From the IMG/VR virus record IMGVR_UViG_3300033067_001063, positions 1 to 38,283 of that record: DNA of 38,283 nucleotides; one strand, written 5' to 3'. Origin of the DNA: a virus (taxonomy: Duplodnaviria > Caudoviricetes). Numbering within the stretch: the stretch's first letter is position 1; every line of letters starts with the position of its first letter. The notes under the pieces were generated by a model. It did not search any database and was not told the origin of the DNA. It saw nothing but the letters and a program-made list of their open reading frames with translations. The position numbers were made by a program, and so were the translations under genes. Positions 1-9,302 of this stretch are shown here, in pieces.

Positions 1-57
1 GATGGCCGTGGACTTTTTTCCGGCGCGCCGCCCGAAACTGGCCCGGCGCGCTGACTT

Positions 58-516
58 ATGCCGAAGAAGTCACCCACGACCGAGAAGCGGGGCCGGGGTC
101 GGCCGCCGCACGTCCCGACAGCGACCAGCCGGCGCCGGGTGTCGGTGGCGGCCGGTGGCGGGATGCCGCACGAGGACATCGCGACGGTGCTGGGCATTTC
201 CGACGACACGCTGCGGAAGTACTACGCCGCCGAGTTGAGCGCCGGGGCGCTGTCCCGGAGGCTTGAGGTGCTCGAGGGCCTGCACGCCGCGGCAAAGCGC
301 GGCAGCAGCAGCGCGGCGCGCGCCTACCTCGAGCACGCGCCCGAGTTCCACGCGCCGCCGGCGCCGAAGGATCCCGTCCCGCAGCCGGTGGCCGAGCCGA
401 AGCCGGAGAAGGTGCCGGCGCTGGGGAAGAAGGAACAGGCCCAGGCGGACGCGCTGACCGCGCACGTGGGCACCGACTGGGCTGACCTGCTGCCAGGGCC
501 TGCGACTCCGCAGTGA
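58..516 (+). CDS. terS: Terminase small subunit
   Basis: 152 aa with N-terminal HTH-like segment (HEDIATVLGISDDTLRKYY); stop overlaps terL start (GTGA). Confidence 0.85.
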   Translation: MPKKSPTTEKRGRGRPPHVPTATSRRRVSVAAGGGMPHEDIATVLGISDDTLRKYYAAELSAGALSRRLEVLEGLHAAAKRGSSSAARAYLEHAPEFHAPPAPKDPVPQPVAEPKPEKVPALGKKEQAQADALTAHVGTDWADLLPGPATPQ

Positions 517-2186
517 CCCTCGACCTGTCGTGCACGGACTGGCGGGAGCGCCTGCAGTCCGGGCGCAGCCTCGTCCCTGACCTGGACCTGCCGAACGCGG
601 CCGAAGGACACCGCGCAGTCGGCATCCTGAACAAGCTGCGGCTTTTCGACGTGCCCGGCACGCCGACGATGGGCGAGGCCGGCGGCGAGTGGTTCCGGCG
701 CATCGTGTTCGCGCTGTTCGCCTCGCTTGATCCGGTGACGCAGGCCCGCCTGATCCGCGAGGTGTTCCTGCTGGTGCCGAAGAAGCAGAACAAGACCACC
801 GGCGGCGCGCTGCTGATGCTGACCGCGCTGCTGATGAACAAGCGGCCGCGGGCGCCGTTCCTGCTGACCGCACCGTTCCAGAAGACCGCCGACGACGCCT
901 TCGCGGCCGCCGAGGGCGCGATTGCGCTCGACAACGTGCTGGCGAAGAAACTGCACGTGCGGGATCACATCAAGACGATCGTGCACCGGGAGACCGGCGC
1001 GAAGCTGGATATCCTGACCTTCGACCCGGACATCGTCACCGGGAAGAAGGTAGTCGGCGGGCTGATCGACGAGCTGCACGTGCTGGGCAAGTCGGCGCGC
1101 GCGGCGAAGGCGATGGTGCAGCTGCGGGGCGGCATGGTGCCCTTCCCCGAGGCGTTCCTGTTCACCATCACCACGCAGAGCGACGAGCCGCCGGCCGGGG
1201 TGTTTGACACCGACCTGAAGAAGGCGCGCGAGATCCGCGACGGCAAGCGCACCGGGGCGACGCTGCCCGTGCTGTACGAGTTCCCGCAGGAAGTCCAGGC
1301 GGACCCCGAGAAGCCGTGGCGCGACCCGGCGATCTGGCCGCAGGTGCTGCCGAACCTCGGCCTGTCGGTGCGGCTCGAGACGCTGGTCGACGGCCTGGCG
1401 GATGCGGAGTCGAAGACCGAGGAGGACCTGCGGGTCTGGGCCTCGCAGCATCTGAACATCCAGATCGGCGTCGGGATCAGCGCCGGGGCGTGGGAAGGCG
1501 CCGCGCACTGGGAGAAGAACGGCGACGGGCCGGCGACGCTGGACGAGCTGCTCGAGCGCAGCGAGGTGGCGGTCGTCGGCATCGACGGCGGCGGCCTGGC
1601 TGACCTGCTGGGCCTGGGCGTGATGGGCCGCGAGATCGGATCCGGGCGCTGGCTGCACTGGGGGCGCGCGTGGGCGCGTCGCTGCCTGCTGAAGCGCAAC
1701 AAGCAAGAGGAGGCGCGCCTCCTAGGCTTCGAGAGCGACGGCGACCTGGTCATCGTCGACGACGAGTCGGACGACGACATCGAGCAGGTGGCCGACATCG
1801 TCAAGACGGTGGACGACAGCGGGCTGCTGGACCGCGTCGGCGTCGACCAGGCTGGCATCACCGCCATCGTGCAGGCGATCGTCGCGCGCGGGATCAAGCA
1901 CGACCGCGTGATCGGCATCCCGCAGGGCTGGCGGCTGTCCGGGTCGATCAAGGCGGTCGAGCGGAAGCTGGCCGCGCGGACCCTGCGGCACGGTGGCCGG
2001 CGGCTGATGGCCTACGCCGTCGGCAACGCGCGGGCGGTGGCGAAGGGGAACGCGGTCCTGATCACGAAAGAGATCAGCGGCGCCGGAAAGATCGACCCGC
2101 TGATGGCGCTGTTCGACTGCGGCGCGCTGATGGCGATGGACCCGAAGCCGCGCCGGAAGAAGTACCAGATGTGGGTGTATGGCTGA
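513..2186 (+). CDS. terL: Terminase large subunit
   Basis: 557 aa; Walker A-like LLVPKKQNKTT, Walker B GLIDELH, coupling motif ITTQS, nuclease motifs VVGIDGG and GKIDPLMA. Confidence 0.95.
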   Translation: MTLDLSCTDWRERLQSGRSLVPDLDLPNAAEGHRAVGILNKLRLFDVPGTPTMGEAGGEWFRRIVFALFASLDPVTQARLIREVFLLVPKKQNKTTGGALLMLTALLMNKRPRAPFLLTAPFQKTADDAFAAAEGAIALDNVLAKKLHVRDHIKTIVHRETGAKLDILTFDPDIVTGKKVVGGLIDELHVLGKSARAAKAMVQLRGGMVPFPEAFLFTITTQSDEPPAGVFDTDLKKAREIRDGKRTGATLPVLYEFPQEVQADPEKPWRDPAIWPQVLPNLGLSVRLETLVDGLADAESKTEEDLRVWASQHLNIQIGVGISAGAWEGAAHWEKNGDGPATLDELLERSEVAVVGIDGGGLADLLGLGVMGREIGSGRWLHWGRAWARRCLLKRNKQEEARLLGFESDGDLVIVDDESDDDIEQVADIVKTVDDSGLLDRVGVDQAGITAIVQAIVARGIKHDRVIGIPQGWRLSGSIKAVERKLAARTLRHGGRRLMAYAVGNARAVAKGNAVLITKEISGAGKIDPLMALFDCGALMAMDPKPRRKKYQMWVYG

Positions 2187-2334
2187 TCAAGGCCGGAAGG
2201 CGACCGCGATCTACGCCGCTGCTGCAGATCGGATGCGGCACGTTGGGAAGGCCAACAAGACCGGGTGCCGCCCTGTTCGCGGCCAAGAGCTGGCCTGTTC
2301 AGGCCCGCATCAGACCAGGGAGCCGACGGCATGA
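2179..2334 (+). CDS. Possible small 51-aa ORF bridging terL and the protease gene
   Basis: ATG overlaps terL stop (ATGGCTGA) and its TGA overlaps protease ATG (ATGA); codon usage atypical, no recognisable motif. Confidence 0.25.
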   Translation: MADQGRKATAIYAAAADRMRHVGKANKTGCRPVRGQELACSGPHQTREPTA

Positions 2335-4295
2335 AACGCGCGTACAGCATCGTCGAGAACATCAAGGCCGCGGAGGAGGGCGACGAGCGCGTCATCCGCG
2401 GCATCGCCACCACGCCGAGCGTCGACCGCATGGGCGACGTGATCGACCCGATGGGCGTGCAGGTCGCGGGCGATATCCCGCTGTTCCTCTATCACGACTC
2501 GTGGCAGACCGTGGGCCGGGCGAAGCTCGGCAAGGCCACGAAGGACGGCATCCCGTTCGAGGCGCGGCTGCCGCTGGTCAAGGAAATGGGCCGGCTAAAG
2601 GACCGCGTCGACGAGGCGTGGCAAATGCTGAAGTACCGCCTGATCACCGGCGTGTCGATCGGCTTCAACGCGACCGAGACCGCTGCGATGAAGGAGGGCG
2701 GGTATCGCTTCCTGAAGACCGAGGTGCTCGAGCTGTCGCTCGTACCCATCCCCGCGAATGCGGATGCACTGATCACCACCGTGAAGTCGATCTGCGAGGG
2801 GCACCGGGCCGCGCTGGGCCCGCCTCCAGATCAGCACGGCCGCCCCGGCGCTTCGGGGCACCACAGCGGGGCTCCTTCGGGGGCCCTTTCTCATTCCCGA
2901 AGCCAGAAAGGCACGGACACCATGAAGACCATTTCGCAACTGCGCGAGGAGCGCAACACGAAGGCCGCGCGCCTTCAAGAGCTGACGACCCTGTGGCAGG
3001 GCGCCGACCACCAGAAGACCGCCGAGGAGCGCGCGGAGTTCGACACGCTGGACGCCGAGATCGGAGACCTCGACGACGAAATCCGCGTGCTGCGCGTGGC
3101 CGAGATCCAGTCGGCCGGCGCGCGCCCGGTCGCCGGTGAGACGCGCGGCGCCGCCGCCGGCTCGCGCGGCCCGACCGTGTTCGTGCGCAAGCAAGACCCC
3201 GACGACGCCTTCAAGGGCCAGTCCTACACGCGGCTCCTGATCGCGAAGGCGCTCGCCTTCATGTCGATGAAGGAGGGCAACGTCGTGTCGCCGGTGGACA
3301 TCGCGCGCCACCGCTGGGGCAAGTCGCACCCGAAGCTCGTCGAAGTGATCCGCACGGCGGTGGCCGGCGGCGGCACCGGCTCGGGCGAGTGGGGCGCCGA
3401 GCTCGTCGAGTCGCAGACCCGCTTCAACGGCGATTTCGTCGACTACCTGTACTCGATGACCGTCTTCGACCGGCTGCCGCTTCGCCCGATGCCGGCGCGC
3501 GTGCACATCAAGGGTCAGGACGGCGCCGCGACCGGCTACTGGGTCGGCGAGTCGAAGGCGATCCCGGTGTCGAAGGCCGACTTCTCCGATGTCGAGCTGA
3601 CGCCGCTGAAGGTGGCCGCGATGGCGGTCTGCTCGAAGGAACTCATCACCGACTCGTCCCCAAGCGCCGAGATGTGGATCCGCGACAGCATCGCGCAGGC
3701 CAGCGCGCAGCGGGTCGACACCACGTTCCTTTCGACCACGGCGGCTTCGTCCGGCGTCAGCCCGGCCGGCATCCTGAACGGTCTGTCGGCTGGCGCACCG
3801 TCGGGCACGGACGCCGCGGCCGTGCGCGCCGACCTGATGACGCTCTACACCGGCTTCCTGTCGGCGAAGAACGCGTCGGGCCTGGTTCAGGTGATGACGC
3901 CGTCGATGGCGAAGGCGCTGAGCCTGCTGGTCAACTCGCTGGGCCAGACCGAGTTCCCGAACCTGAACGCCAACGGCGGCACGCTGCTGGGCGATCAGGT
4001 CTACACGGGCGACAACGTCACCGGCGGGCACTGGATCCTGCTCAAGCCGTCGGACATCTGGAAGATCGGCGACAGCGGTCTCGAAGTGTCGATGAGCGAC
4101 CAGGCCACCATCGAGCAGAACGACGCGCCGGCCGGCGCTGGCGACACGCCGACGGCTGCCTCCGCGACGCTCATGTCGCTGTGGCAGACCGAGCAGGTCG
4201 GCTTCAAGGTCGTGCGCCGCATCAACTACAAGCTGCGCCGCAGCGGTGCGGTCGCGTACCTGGACAACGCCGAATACGGCGGCGTCGTCTCCTGA
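2331..4295 (+). CDS. HK97-type prohead protease fused in frame to major capsid protein (654 aa; internal capsid start at 2922 gives 457 aa)
   Basis: Protease motifs GIATTPSVDRMGD, LFLYHD, GVSIGF, LELSLVPIPAN; then coiled-coil delta domain and HK97 fold motifs (GYWVGESKAIP, LTPLKVAA, SLWQTEQVGFKV); GGGAG upstream of 2331, AGAAAGG upstream of 2922. Confidence 0.92.
   Translation: MKRAYSIVENIKAAEEGDERVIRGIATTPSVDRMGDVIDPMGVQVAGDIPLFLYHDSWQTVGRAKLGKATKDGIPFEARLPLVKEMGRLKDRVDEAWQMLKYRLITGVSIGFNATETAAMKEGGYRFLKTEVLELSLVPIPANADALITTVKSICEGHRAALGPPPDQHGRPGASGHHSGAPSGALSHSRSQKGTDTMKTISQLREERNTKAARLQELTTLWQGADHQKTAEERAEFDTLDAEIGDLDDEIRVLRVAEIQSAGARPVAGETRGAAAGSRGPTVFVRKQDPDDAFKGQSYTRLLIAKALAFMSMKEGNVVSPVDIARHRWGKSHPKLVEVIRTAVAGGGTGSGEWGAELVESQTRFNGDFVDYLYSMTVFDRLPLRPMPARVHIKGQDGAATGYWVGESKAIPVSKADFSDVELTPLKVAAMAVCSKELITDSSPSAEMWIRDSIAQASAQRVDTTFLSTTAASSGVSPAGILNGLSAGAPSGTDAAAVRADLMTLYTGFLSAKNASGLVQVMTPSMAKALSLLVNSLGQTEFPNLNANGGTLLGDQVYTGDNVTGGHWILLKPSDIWKIGDSGLEVSMSDQATIEQNDAPAGAGDTPTAASATLMSLWQTEQVGFKVVRRINYKLRRSGAVAYLDNAEYGGVVS
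2869..2890 (+). promoter_or_regulatory. CUUCGG hairpin plus short T-tract inside the protease-capsid linker
   Basis: GGGCTCC-TTCG-GGGGCCC-TTTC directly upstream of the internal RBS; near-copy of the hairpin after the capsid stop. Confidence 0.5.
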
Positions 4296-4316
4296 CCCGA
4301 TCTCCTGGGTGTGGGT

Positions 4317-4340
4317 GGGGCTCTTCGGGGCCCCTTTCCT
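4317..4340 (+). terminator. Intrinsic terminator/attenuator after major capsid gene
   Basis: GGGGCTC-TTCG-GGGCCCC followed by TTTCCT. Confidence 0.65.
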
Positions 4341-4380
4341 CGGCCGGCTCGCGCTGGCCGGGGGCTTTTCGGGAGAGCAG

Positions 4381-4752
4381 ATGGCCAAGATCCAGCTGAT
4401 CGCAAAGCGGCCCTTCCTGTACGCAGGCAAGCGGCTCGCCTCTGGCGCCGAATTCAACGCGCGCACGCACAGCGACGCGCGCCTCCTGATCGCGATCGGC
4501 CATGCCGACTTCGCGCCGCAGGGCCCCGTCGAGCCGGAAGAGCCGCAGCCGTGGTCGGTGGCGCAGCAGCCGCCGGAGACGGTGGCGATCGAGGTTACGG
4601 CCCAGCCCGTCGACGAGGCTCCCGCCGAGGTGCTGCCTGTCGAGGAGCCTGCCAGCGATGCCGCAAGCACCGCGCCGGCCGAGGAAGCGCCGATCGCGAA
4701 GCCGCGCCGGCAGTACCGGCGCCGTGACCTGACCGCCGAGGGGTCGGAGTGA
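4381..4752 (+). CDS. Small head-associated protein (123 aa)
   Basis: GGGAGAG RBS before ATG 4381; short N-terminal domain, acidic Pro/Ala linker, C-terminal KPRRQYRRRDL; typical position between capsid and portal. Confidence 0.75.
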   Translation: MAKIQLIAKRPFLYAGKRLASGAEFNARTHSDARLLIAIGHADFAPQGPVEPEEPQPWSVAQQPPETVAIEVTAQPVDEAPAEVLPVEEPASDAASTAPAEEAPIAKPRRQYRRRDLTAEGSE

Positions 4753-6482
4753 GCGAACTCGGCACCATCCGCGCGCGCGCCGCGCTGGCGCTGGCCAACT
4801 GGGCGCAGCGCCTGGCGAAGCCGGGCGAGCTGAAGATCGCCGAGCCGCAGCACCAGAAGCGCACGCTGTCTGGCGTCGATGGCGGCGGCCGCGGGTGGTG
4901 GTCGCTGCTGGGTAGCACCTGGGCCCGGCATCTCGGCTTCCAGACCGACACGCCGGTCGCCAGCGAGGACCAGATCGTCCGGCAGCCGACCGTATTCGCC
5001 TGCCTCACGCTGATCTCGAACGACATCGGCAAGCTGCGGCCAAAGCTGATGGAACAGGCGAACCGCATCTGGCGCGAGGTCACGAGCCCGGCCTTCTCGC
5101 CGCTGCTGCGCCGCCCGAACCGCTTCCAGACCTGGCAGCAGTTCGTCACCCAGTGGGTGCTGTCGCTGCTCACCGACGGCAACGCGTACATCCTGAAGGA
5201 GCGGGACCGCCGCCGCGTCGTCGTCGCGCTGTACGTGCTTGACCCGACCCGCTGCCAGCCGCTCGTCTCCGAGAGCGGCGACATCTTCTACCAGCTGCAG
5301 GAGGACGACCTCTCGGGCGTCTTCGAACACCTCCCCGCGGTGCCGGCCAGCGAGGTGATCCACGATCGGATCAACTGCCTGTTTCACCCGCTCGTCGGGC
5401 TGTCCCCGATCTTCGCCTGCGGCCTCGTCGCCACGAAGGGACTGAGGATCGAGGAGAACGCGACGCGCTTCTTCGCGAACCAGTCGCAGCCCGGCGGCGT
5501 GCTCACGGCGCCCGCCGAGATCAGCGACGAGGTGGCCGCGCGCCTGAAGGCCTACTTCGAGGAGCGCTTCACCGGCGAGAACGCCGGGAAGGTCGCGGTG
5601 TTGGGCGACGGTCTCAAGTACGAGTCGATGAGCACGAAGGCGGTCGACGCGCAGCTGATCGAGCAGCTGAAGTGGTCGTCGGCGCAGATCGCCGCGGTGT
5701 TCCACGTGCCCGGCTACCTCGTCGGGGCCGAGGACGTGCCGCCGAACAACAACATCGAGGCGCTGCGGATCGACTACTACAGCCGCTGCCTACAGACGCT
5801 GATCGAGGGCATCGAGAACACCCTCGACGACGGCCTGGGCCTCGGACCGATGAGCGACGGCCGAGTGCTCGGCATCGAGCTCGACCTGGGCGGCCTGCTG
5901 CGGATGGATACGAAGTCGCAGGTCGACGTGCTGACGAAGGCGTCGGGCGGCGCGTACATGAAGGTCGACGAGGCGCGCGCGGCCGCGAACCTTGAGCCGG
6001 TCACGGGCGGCGACACCATCTACAAGCAGCACCAGGACTACAGCATCGAGGCGCTGCACAAGCGGGACCAGACCGACGACCCGTTCGGCACTGCGACACC
6101 GGAACCAGCGCCGGCGCCGGCCGAGCCGGATGCCGACGAGCAGCCGCCAGCGCAGGACGATCAGGCGCGCGCGGAGGCGGCGGCAGCGAAGGCGATGGCC
6201 GATGCTGCCCGCGCCGACGTGCAGCGGATGCAGGAGCAGCTCGCCGCGGTGCTGGCCAGCAGCCGCCAGCGCGAGGCCGAGACGAGCGCGCTCGAGGCGC
6301 ACAGCGCAGAGGTCCGCACCGCGCTCGAGCGCGTGGCCAGCGATCACGCGGCCGCGCTGCGCGACGTGCGGGCGATGGTCGAGCGGATGGCCACGCCGCC
6401 GCAGCGCGACGCCGACGCCGACCTGGTGGTCGCCGCGGTCGCAGAGCGGTTCCGTTCGCTGCCGGCGCTGGTCGATGGCTGA
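4749..6482 (+). CDS. HK97-family portal protein with ~130-aa C-terminal extension
   Basis: Motifs VFACLTLISNDIGKL, LLRRPNRFQT, LLTDGNAY, GLSPI, FFANQSQPGGVL, NAGKVAVLGDGLKY, IAAVFHVP. Confidence 0.95.
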   Translation: MSELGTIRARAALALANWAQRLAKPGELKIAEPQHQKRTLSGVDGGGRGWWSLLGSTWARHLGFQTDTPVASEDQIVRQPTVFACLTLISNDIGKLRPKLMEQANRIWREVTSPAFSPLLRRPNRFQTWQQFVTQWVLSLLTDGNAYILKERDRRRVVVALYVLDPTRCQPLVSESGDIFYQLQEDDLSGVFEHLPAVPASEVIHDRINCLFHPLVGLSPIFACGLVATKGLRIEENATRFFANQSQPGGVLTAPAEISDEVAARLKAYFEERFTGENAGKVAVLGDGLKYESMSTKAVDAQLIEQLKWSSAQIAAVFHVPGYLVGAEDVPPNNNIEALRIDYYSRCLQTLIEGIENTLDDGLGLGPMSDGRVLGIELDLGGLLRMDTKSQVDVLTKASGGAYMKVDEARAAANLEPVTGGDTIYKQHQDYSIEALHKRDQTDDPFGTATPEPAPAPAEPDADEQPPAQDDQARAEAAAAKAMADAARADVQRMQEQLAAVLASSRQREAETSALEAHSAEVRTALERVASDHAAALRDVRAMVERMATPPQRDADADLVVAAVAERFRSLPALVDG

Positions 6483-6870
6483 CCGGCACGCCGTCGTCGC
6501 GCAAGGCCCCGAGGGCGAGCGCGGGCCGCGTGGCCGACCAGGCCCCGACGCCTACGAGGTCGCGGTCGCGGCCGGATTCCGCGGCACGCGCGCAGCCTGG
6601 ATCGAGTCGCTGCGCGGTGAGCGTGGCGAGCGCGGGCCTGTCGGCCCGGATGGCCAGCGCGGCGAGCGCGGACTGCAGGGTGAGCCGGGCCCCGCTGCCG
6701 AGCCACAGCTGCCGATCGCCGCGACCTTCGAGCGCGACGACCGGCACATGACGCGGCGGCTGCTGGTCGAGTTCCCGCAGAGCCTCGTCGAGATCGTGCC
6801 AACGGCCTATGACGCCGAGGGCTTCATCCACACCGTCGCCATTACGAGACTGGGAGCGACCCGCACATGA
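6475..6870 (+). CDS. Short collagen-like (Gly-X-Y) virion protein (131 aa)
   Basis: GPEGERGPRGRPG and GERGERGPVGPDGQRGERGLQGEPG flanking the phage motif AYEVAVAAGFRGTRAAWIESLRG; ATG overlaps portal stop. Confidence 0.8.
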   Translation: MADRHAVVAQGPEGERGPRGRPGPDAYEVAVAAGFRGTRAAWIESLRGERGERGPVGPDGQRGERGLQGEPGPAAEPQLPIAATFERDDRHMTRRLLVEFPQSLVEIVPTAYDAEGFIHTVAITRLGATRT

Positions 6871-9299
6871 CACCCGAACAAGCTACGGCGCTGGCGGCAA
6901 TCGCCGCCGCCGTCCAGGAGACCCACGCACAGCAGCAGCGCATCAGCGCCGCGTCGAGCATGCTGGCCGCGTCGCTCGGTGACGCACCCCCGCCACCGCG
7001 TCCGACGCCGACCTACACCGTCACCGCCAGCGCTCCCGTCGTGGACGAGGGCGGCAGCATCACCTACACCGTCACGACGACGCACGTGCCGGCCGGAACC
7101 GTCATCGGCTACGCGCTGCGGGGCGGCATCGACGCCTCGGACGTGACGCAGCCGCTCGCGGGCACGGTCACGATCGGCTCCGACGGCACGGCCTCGGTGA
7201 CGGTGGACGTGCGGGCCGACGCGCTGACCGAGGGCGACGAAACGATCGAGATGGCACTGGCCGGCGATCTGGCGATGGCCGCGGTGCTGATCCGGGACGC
7301 GAGCACGACGCCGCCTCCGCCCCCGCCGCCTCCTCCTCCCCCCCCACCGCCGCCGCCCTCGCCGCCGCCGGCCGAGCCGCCGCCACTGTTCCCGCTGGGT
7401 GCGGTGCAGTTGCGCGCGATCACGCCGTCGCGCGCCATCGCCTTCGCGGACTGGCACGACTCGTTCACATACAAGCGCTGGCAGGATGTCACGCGCGAGA
7501 CCGGCGGCGTCTACCCGCTCCGGGCGATCGGAGCGAACTACTCGGCCAACACCGGCCGCACGCTTGAACAGGGCACCTACACCCTGCTCGTGGACGGCGT
7601 GCCGCACGCCAGCGCCGCTCCGGCGGGCCAGTCGGTGACGTTCTCGCTGCGCGTCGACGAGCTGACCGAGGGCTGGCACTTCGTCGACATCCAGACCACC
7701 GGGGAGACCGTCATCCCGTGGTGGGTGCTGGTAGACCGCGGCGGCCCGGCGCAAACGTGGGTGCCGGTGCAGATTGGCAGCTATGACTCGATCGGGCACG
7801 GCCACAGTAAAGCGATGTGGGCATGCCGCCGCGTCGCGCCGCCGCGCACCAAGGCCATGCCGGCGCGGACCTACCCGCACTTCTCGACCGCGCTGACCCG
7901 CGGCCAGCTCGTGCGGCAGCGCCTGGTGCCGCGCGAGTGGCACGATATGTATGTCCTGCGCTCGTGGGGCACGAAGCGCCACACCTGCAACACGCAGTAC
8001 TACACCTTCAGCGGCCTGACCGCGAAAGCTGCCAGCGACCCGTCGCTCGACGGCCCGCGCGGGATTGGCACGGTGGCCATGCCCACGCACCTGCAGGTCG
8101 GTCGGAACGGCAAGATCTACTTCTGCGAGTCGCGCCGCGTCGGCGTGGTCCACGAGAACGGCACCGTCCGCACGCTGGCCGGCTTCGTGCACAGCTACCC
8201 CGCACCCCGCCGCACGCCGGTGACCGAGGCCACCGCGCTCGAGGACGAGACGCTTGTCGGCGACTGGTCTGCGGTGCCGCCTGATCGGCGTCGGTTTCAC
8301 GAGATCTGGGGCATGACCTGGGACGCGCGCACGCTGACGACCGCCGGCCCGCCGATCGACAACGGCTTCGGCACTCCCGAAGATCCGCACGTGATGGGCC
8401 CGCGGGCCTTCGTCGCCGACTCGCAGATGGGCCGCATCTGCGCGCTGACCTTCTCGCCGACCGTGCACGGGCCCGCCAAGGTCACCGAGTACATCACCGG
8501 GCTGAACGACCCGTGGGACTGCGCGATGGAGGGCGACCGGCTCTTCGTGTCGGAGCGCGGCGCGCATCGGATCCTCGAGTACCAGGTGCCGCTCGACGGC
8601 TCGGCGCCGACGCTGGTGCGCGTGGTGGTCTCCGGCGCCGCGCTGGCGCACGTGACCGACATCCGCACGGTGGTTCGCGATGCCTCGCTGACCGCCATCC
8701 GCGCCGAGCAGTGCGTGCTTCCCGAGGGCCTGTTCCTGCAGGACGGGTGGCTCTTCTTCGGCAGCCTGGCGATGCAGCAGGTGCGCCGCGTCAACCTGTC
8801 CACCGGCGTCGTCGAGGTGCGCGCGAACGACGTGCTGTGCGACGGCGGCTCGAACTTCTTCAAGATCGCGGTCAGCGACGGCACCTTCGGCCCGCGCGGC
8901 TCGGTGTTCGTGGCCACCTTCGCCAGCGCGGCATACGGCAATCATCCGGTTGCCTACCTGCCCGACGGCAGCCTGTGGAACTACAACAGCCCGGCCGGCG
9001 GCGGCATCGGCCCGGGTGAGCCCTGGGAGTCGGCCGAGTACGTCTGCTCGGTCGGCGTGGGCGGCGGACGCATGGTGATCGGGCCTTCGCACAAGGGCCT
9101 GTATGTCGTGAGCAAGGCCCTTCCGACCGACGCCGTGCTCGACTGGACCGTCTATGACACGGCGCGCGACGACTACATCGCTCGCGGCCTGCACCTCACC
9201 GCAGGGCAGGAGGGCTGGGGCTCCGAGCCGCTGCCGTGGGGCGCGTCGCCGCTCGTCGATGCACACCTGCAGCACAACGGCTGGACGCCGGGGGACTGA
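6867..9299 (+). CDS. Multidomain putative virion surface protein: Calx-beta/Ig-like domain, poly-Pro linker, Ig-like region, NHL-like beta-propeller (810 aa)
   Basis: VDEGGSITYTVTT and DALTEGDETI (Calx-beta-like); 16 consecutive Pro; propeller-like blades (GLNDPWDCAMEGDRLFVSERGAHRI, PEGLFLQDGWLFF). Confidence 0.7.
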   Translation: MTPEQATALAAIAAAVQETHAQQQRISAASSMLAASLGDAPPPPRPTPTYTVTASAPVVDEGGSITYTVTTTHVPAGTVIGYALRGGIDASDVTQPLAGTVTIGSDGTASVTVDVRADALTEGDETIEMALAGDLAMAAVLIRDASTTPPPPPPPPPPPPPPPPSPPPAEPPPLFPLGAVQLRAITPSRAIAFADWHDSFTYKRWQDVTRETGGVYPLRAIGANYSANTGRTLEQGTYTLLVDGVPHASAAPAGQSVTFSLRVDELTEGWHFVDIQTTGETVIPWWVLVDRGGPAQTWVPVQIGSYDSIGHGHSKAMWACRRVAPPRTKAMPARTYPHFSTALTRGQLVRQRLVPREWHDMYVLRSWGTKRHTCNTQYYTFSGLTAKAASDPSLDGPRGIGTVAMPTHLQVGRNGKIYFCESRRVGVVHENGTVRTLAGFVHSYPAPRRTPVTEATALEDETLVGDWSAVPPDRRRFHEIWGMTWDARTLTTAGPPIDNGFGTPEDPHVMGPRAFVADSQMGRICALTFSPTVHGPAKVTEYITGLNDPWDCAMEGDRLFVSERGAHRILEYQVPLDGSAPTLVRVVVSGAALAHVTDIRTVVRDASLTAIRAEQCVLPEGLFLQDGWLFFGSLAMQQVRRVNLSTGVVEVRANDVLCDGGSNFFKIAVSDGTFGPRGSVFVATFASAAYGNHPVAYLPDGSLWNYNSPAGGGIGPGEPWESAEYVCSVGVGGGRMVIGPSHKGLYVVSKALPTDAVLDWTVYDTARDDYIARGLHLTAGQEGWGSEPLPWGASPLVDAHLQHNGWTPGD
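7311..7358 (+). repeat. Poly-proline tract of 16 codons containing a C8 homopolymer (7338-7345)
   Basis: CCN codon run read directly from sequence. Confidence 0.95.
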
Positions 9300-9302
9300 C
9301 AC

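Noticed and set aside
1-57. cos/pac packaging site upstream of terS
   Set aside because: Position is plausible but too little sequence and no diagnostic motif
2265-2330. Upstream GTG start for the protease ORF given by the ORF track; likewise extended starts at 4246, 5992, 12740, 13949, 15010, 16912, 17367, 17654, 18364, 28279 and 29850
   Set aside because: Downstream starts have an RBS or stop-start coupling and begin at the recognisable domain
2595-5705. 1036-aa minus-strand ORF
   Set aside because: Antisense shadow of capsid and portal genes in high-GC DNA; no motifs
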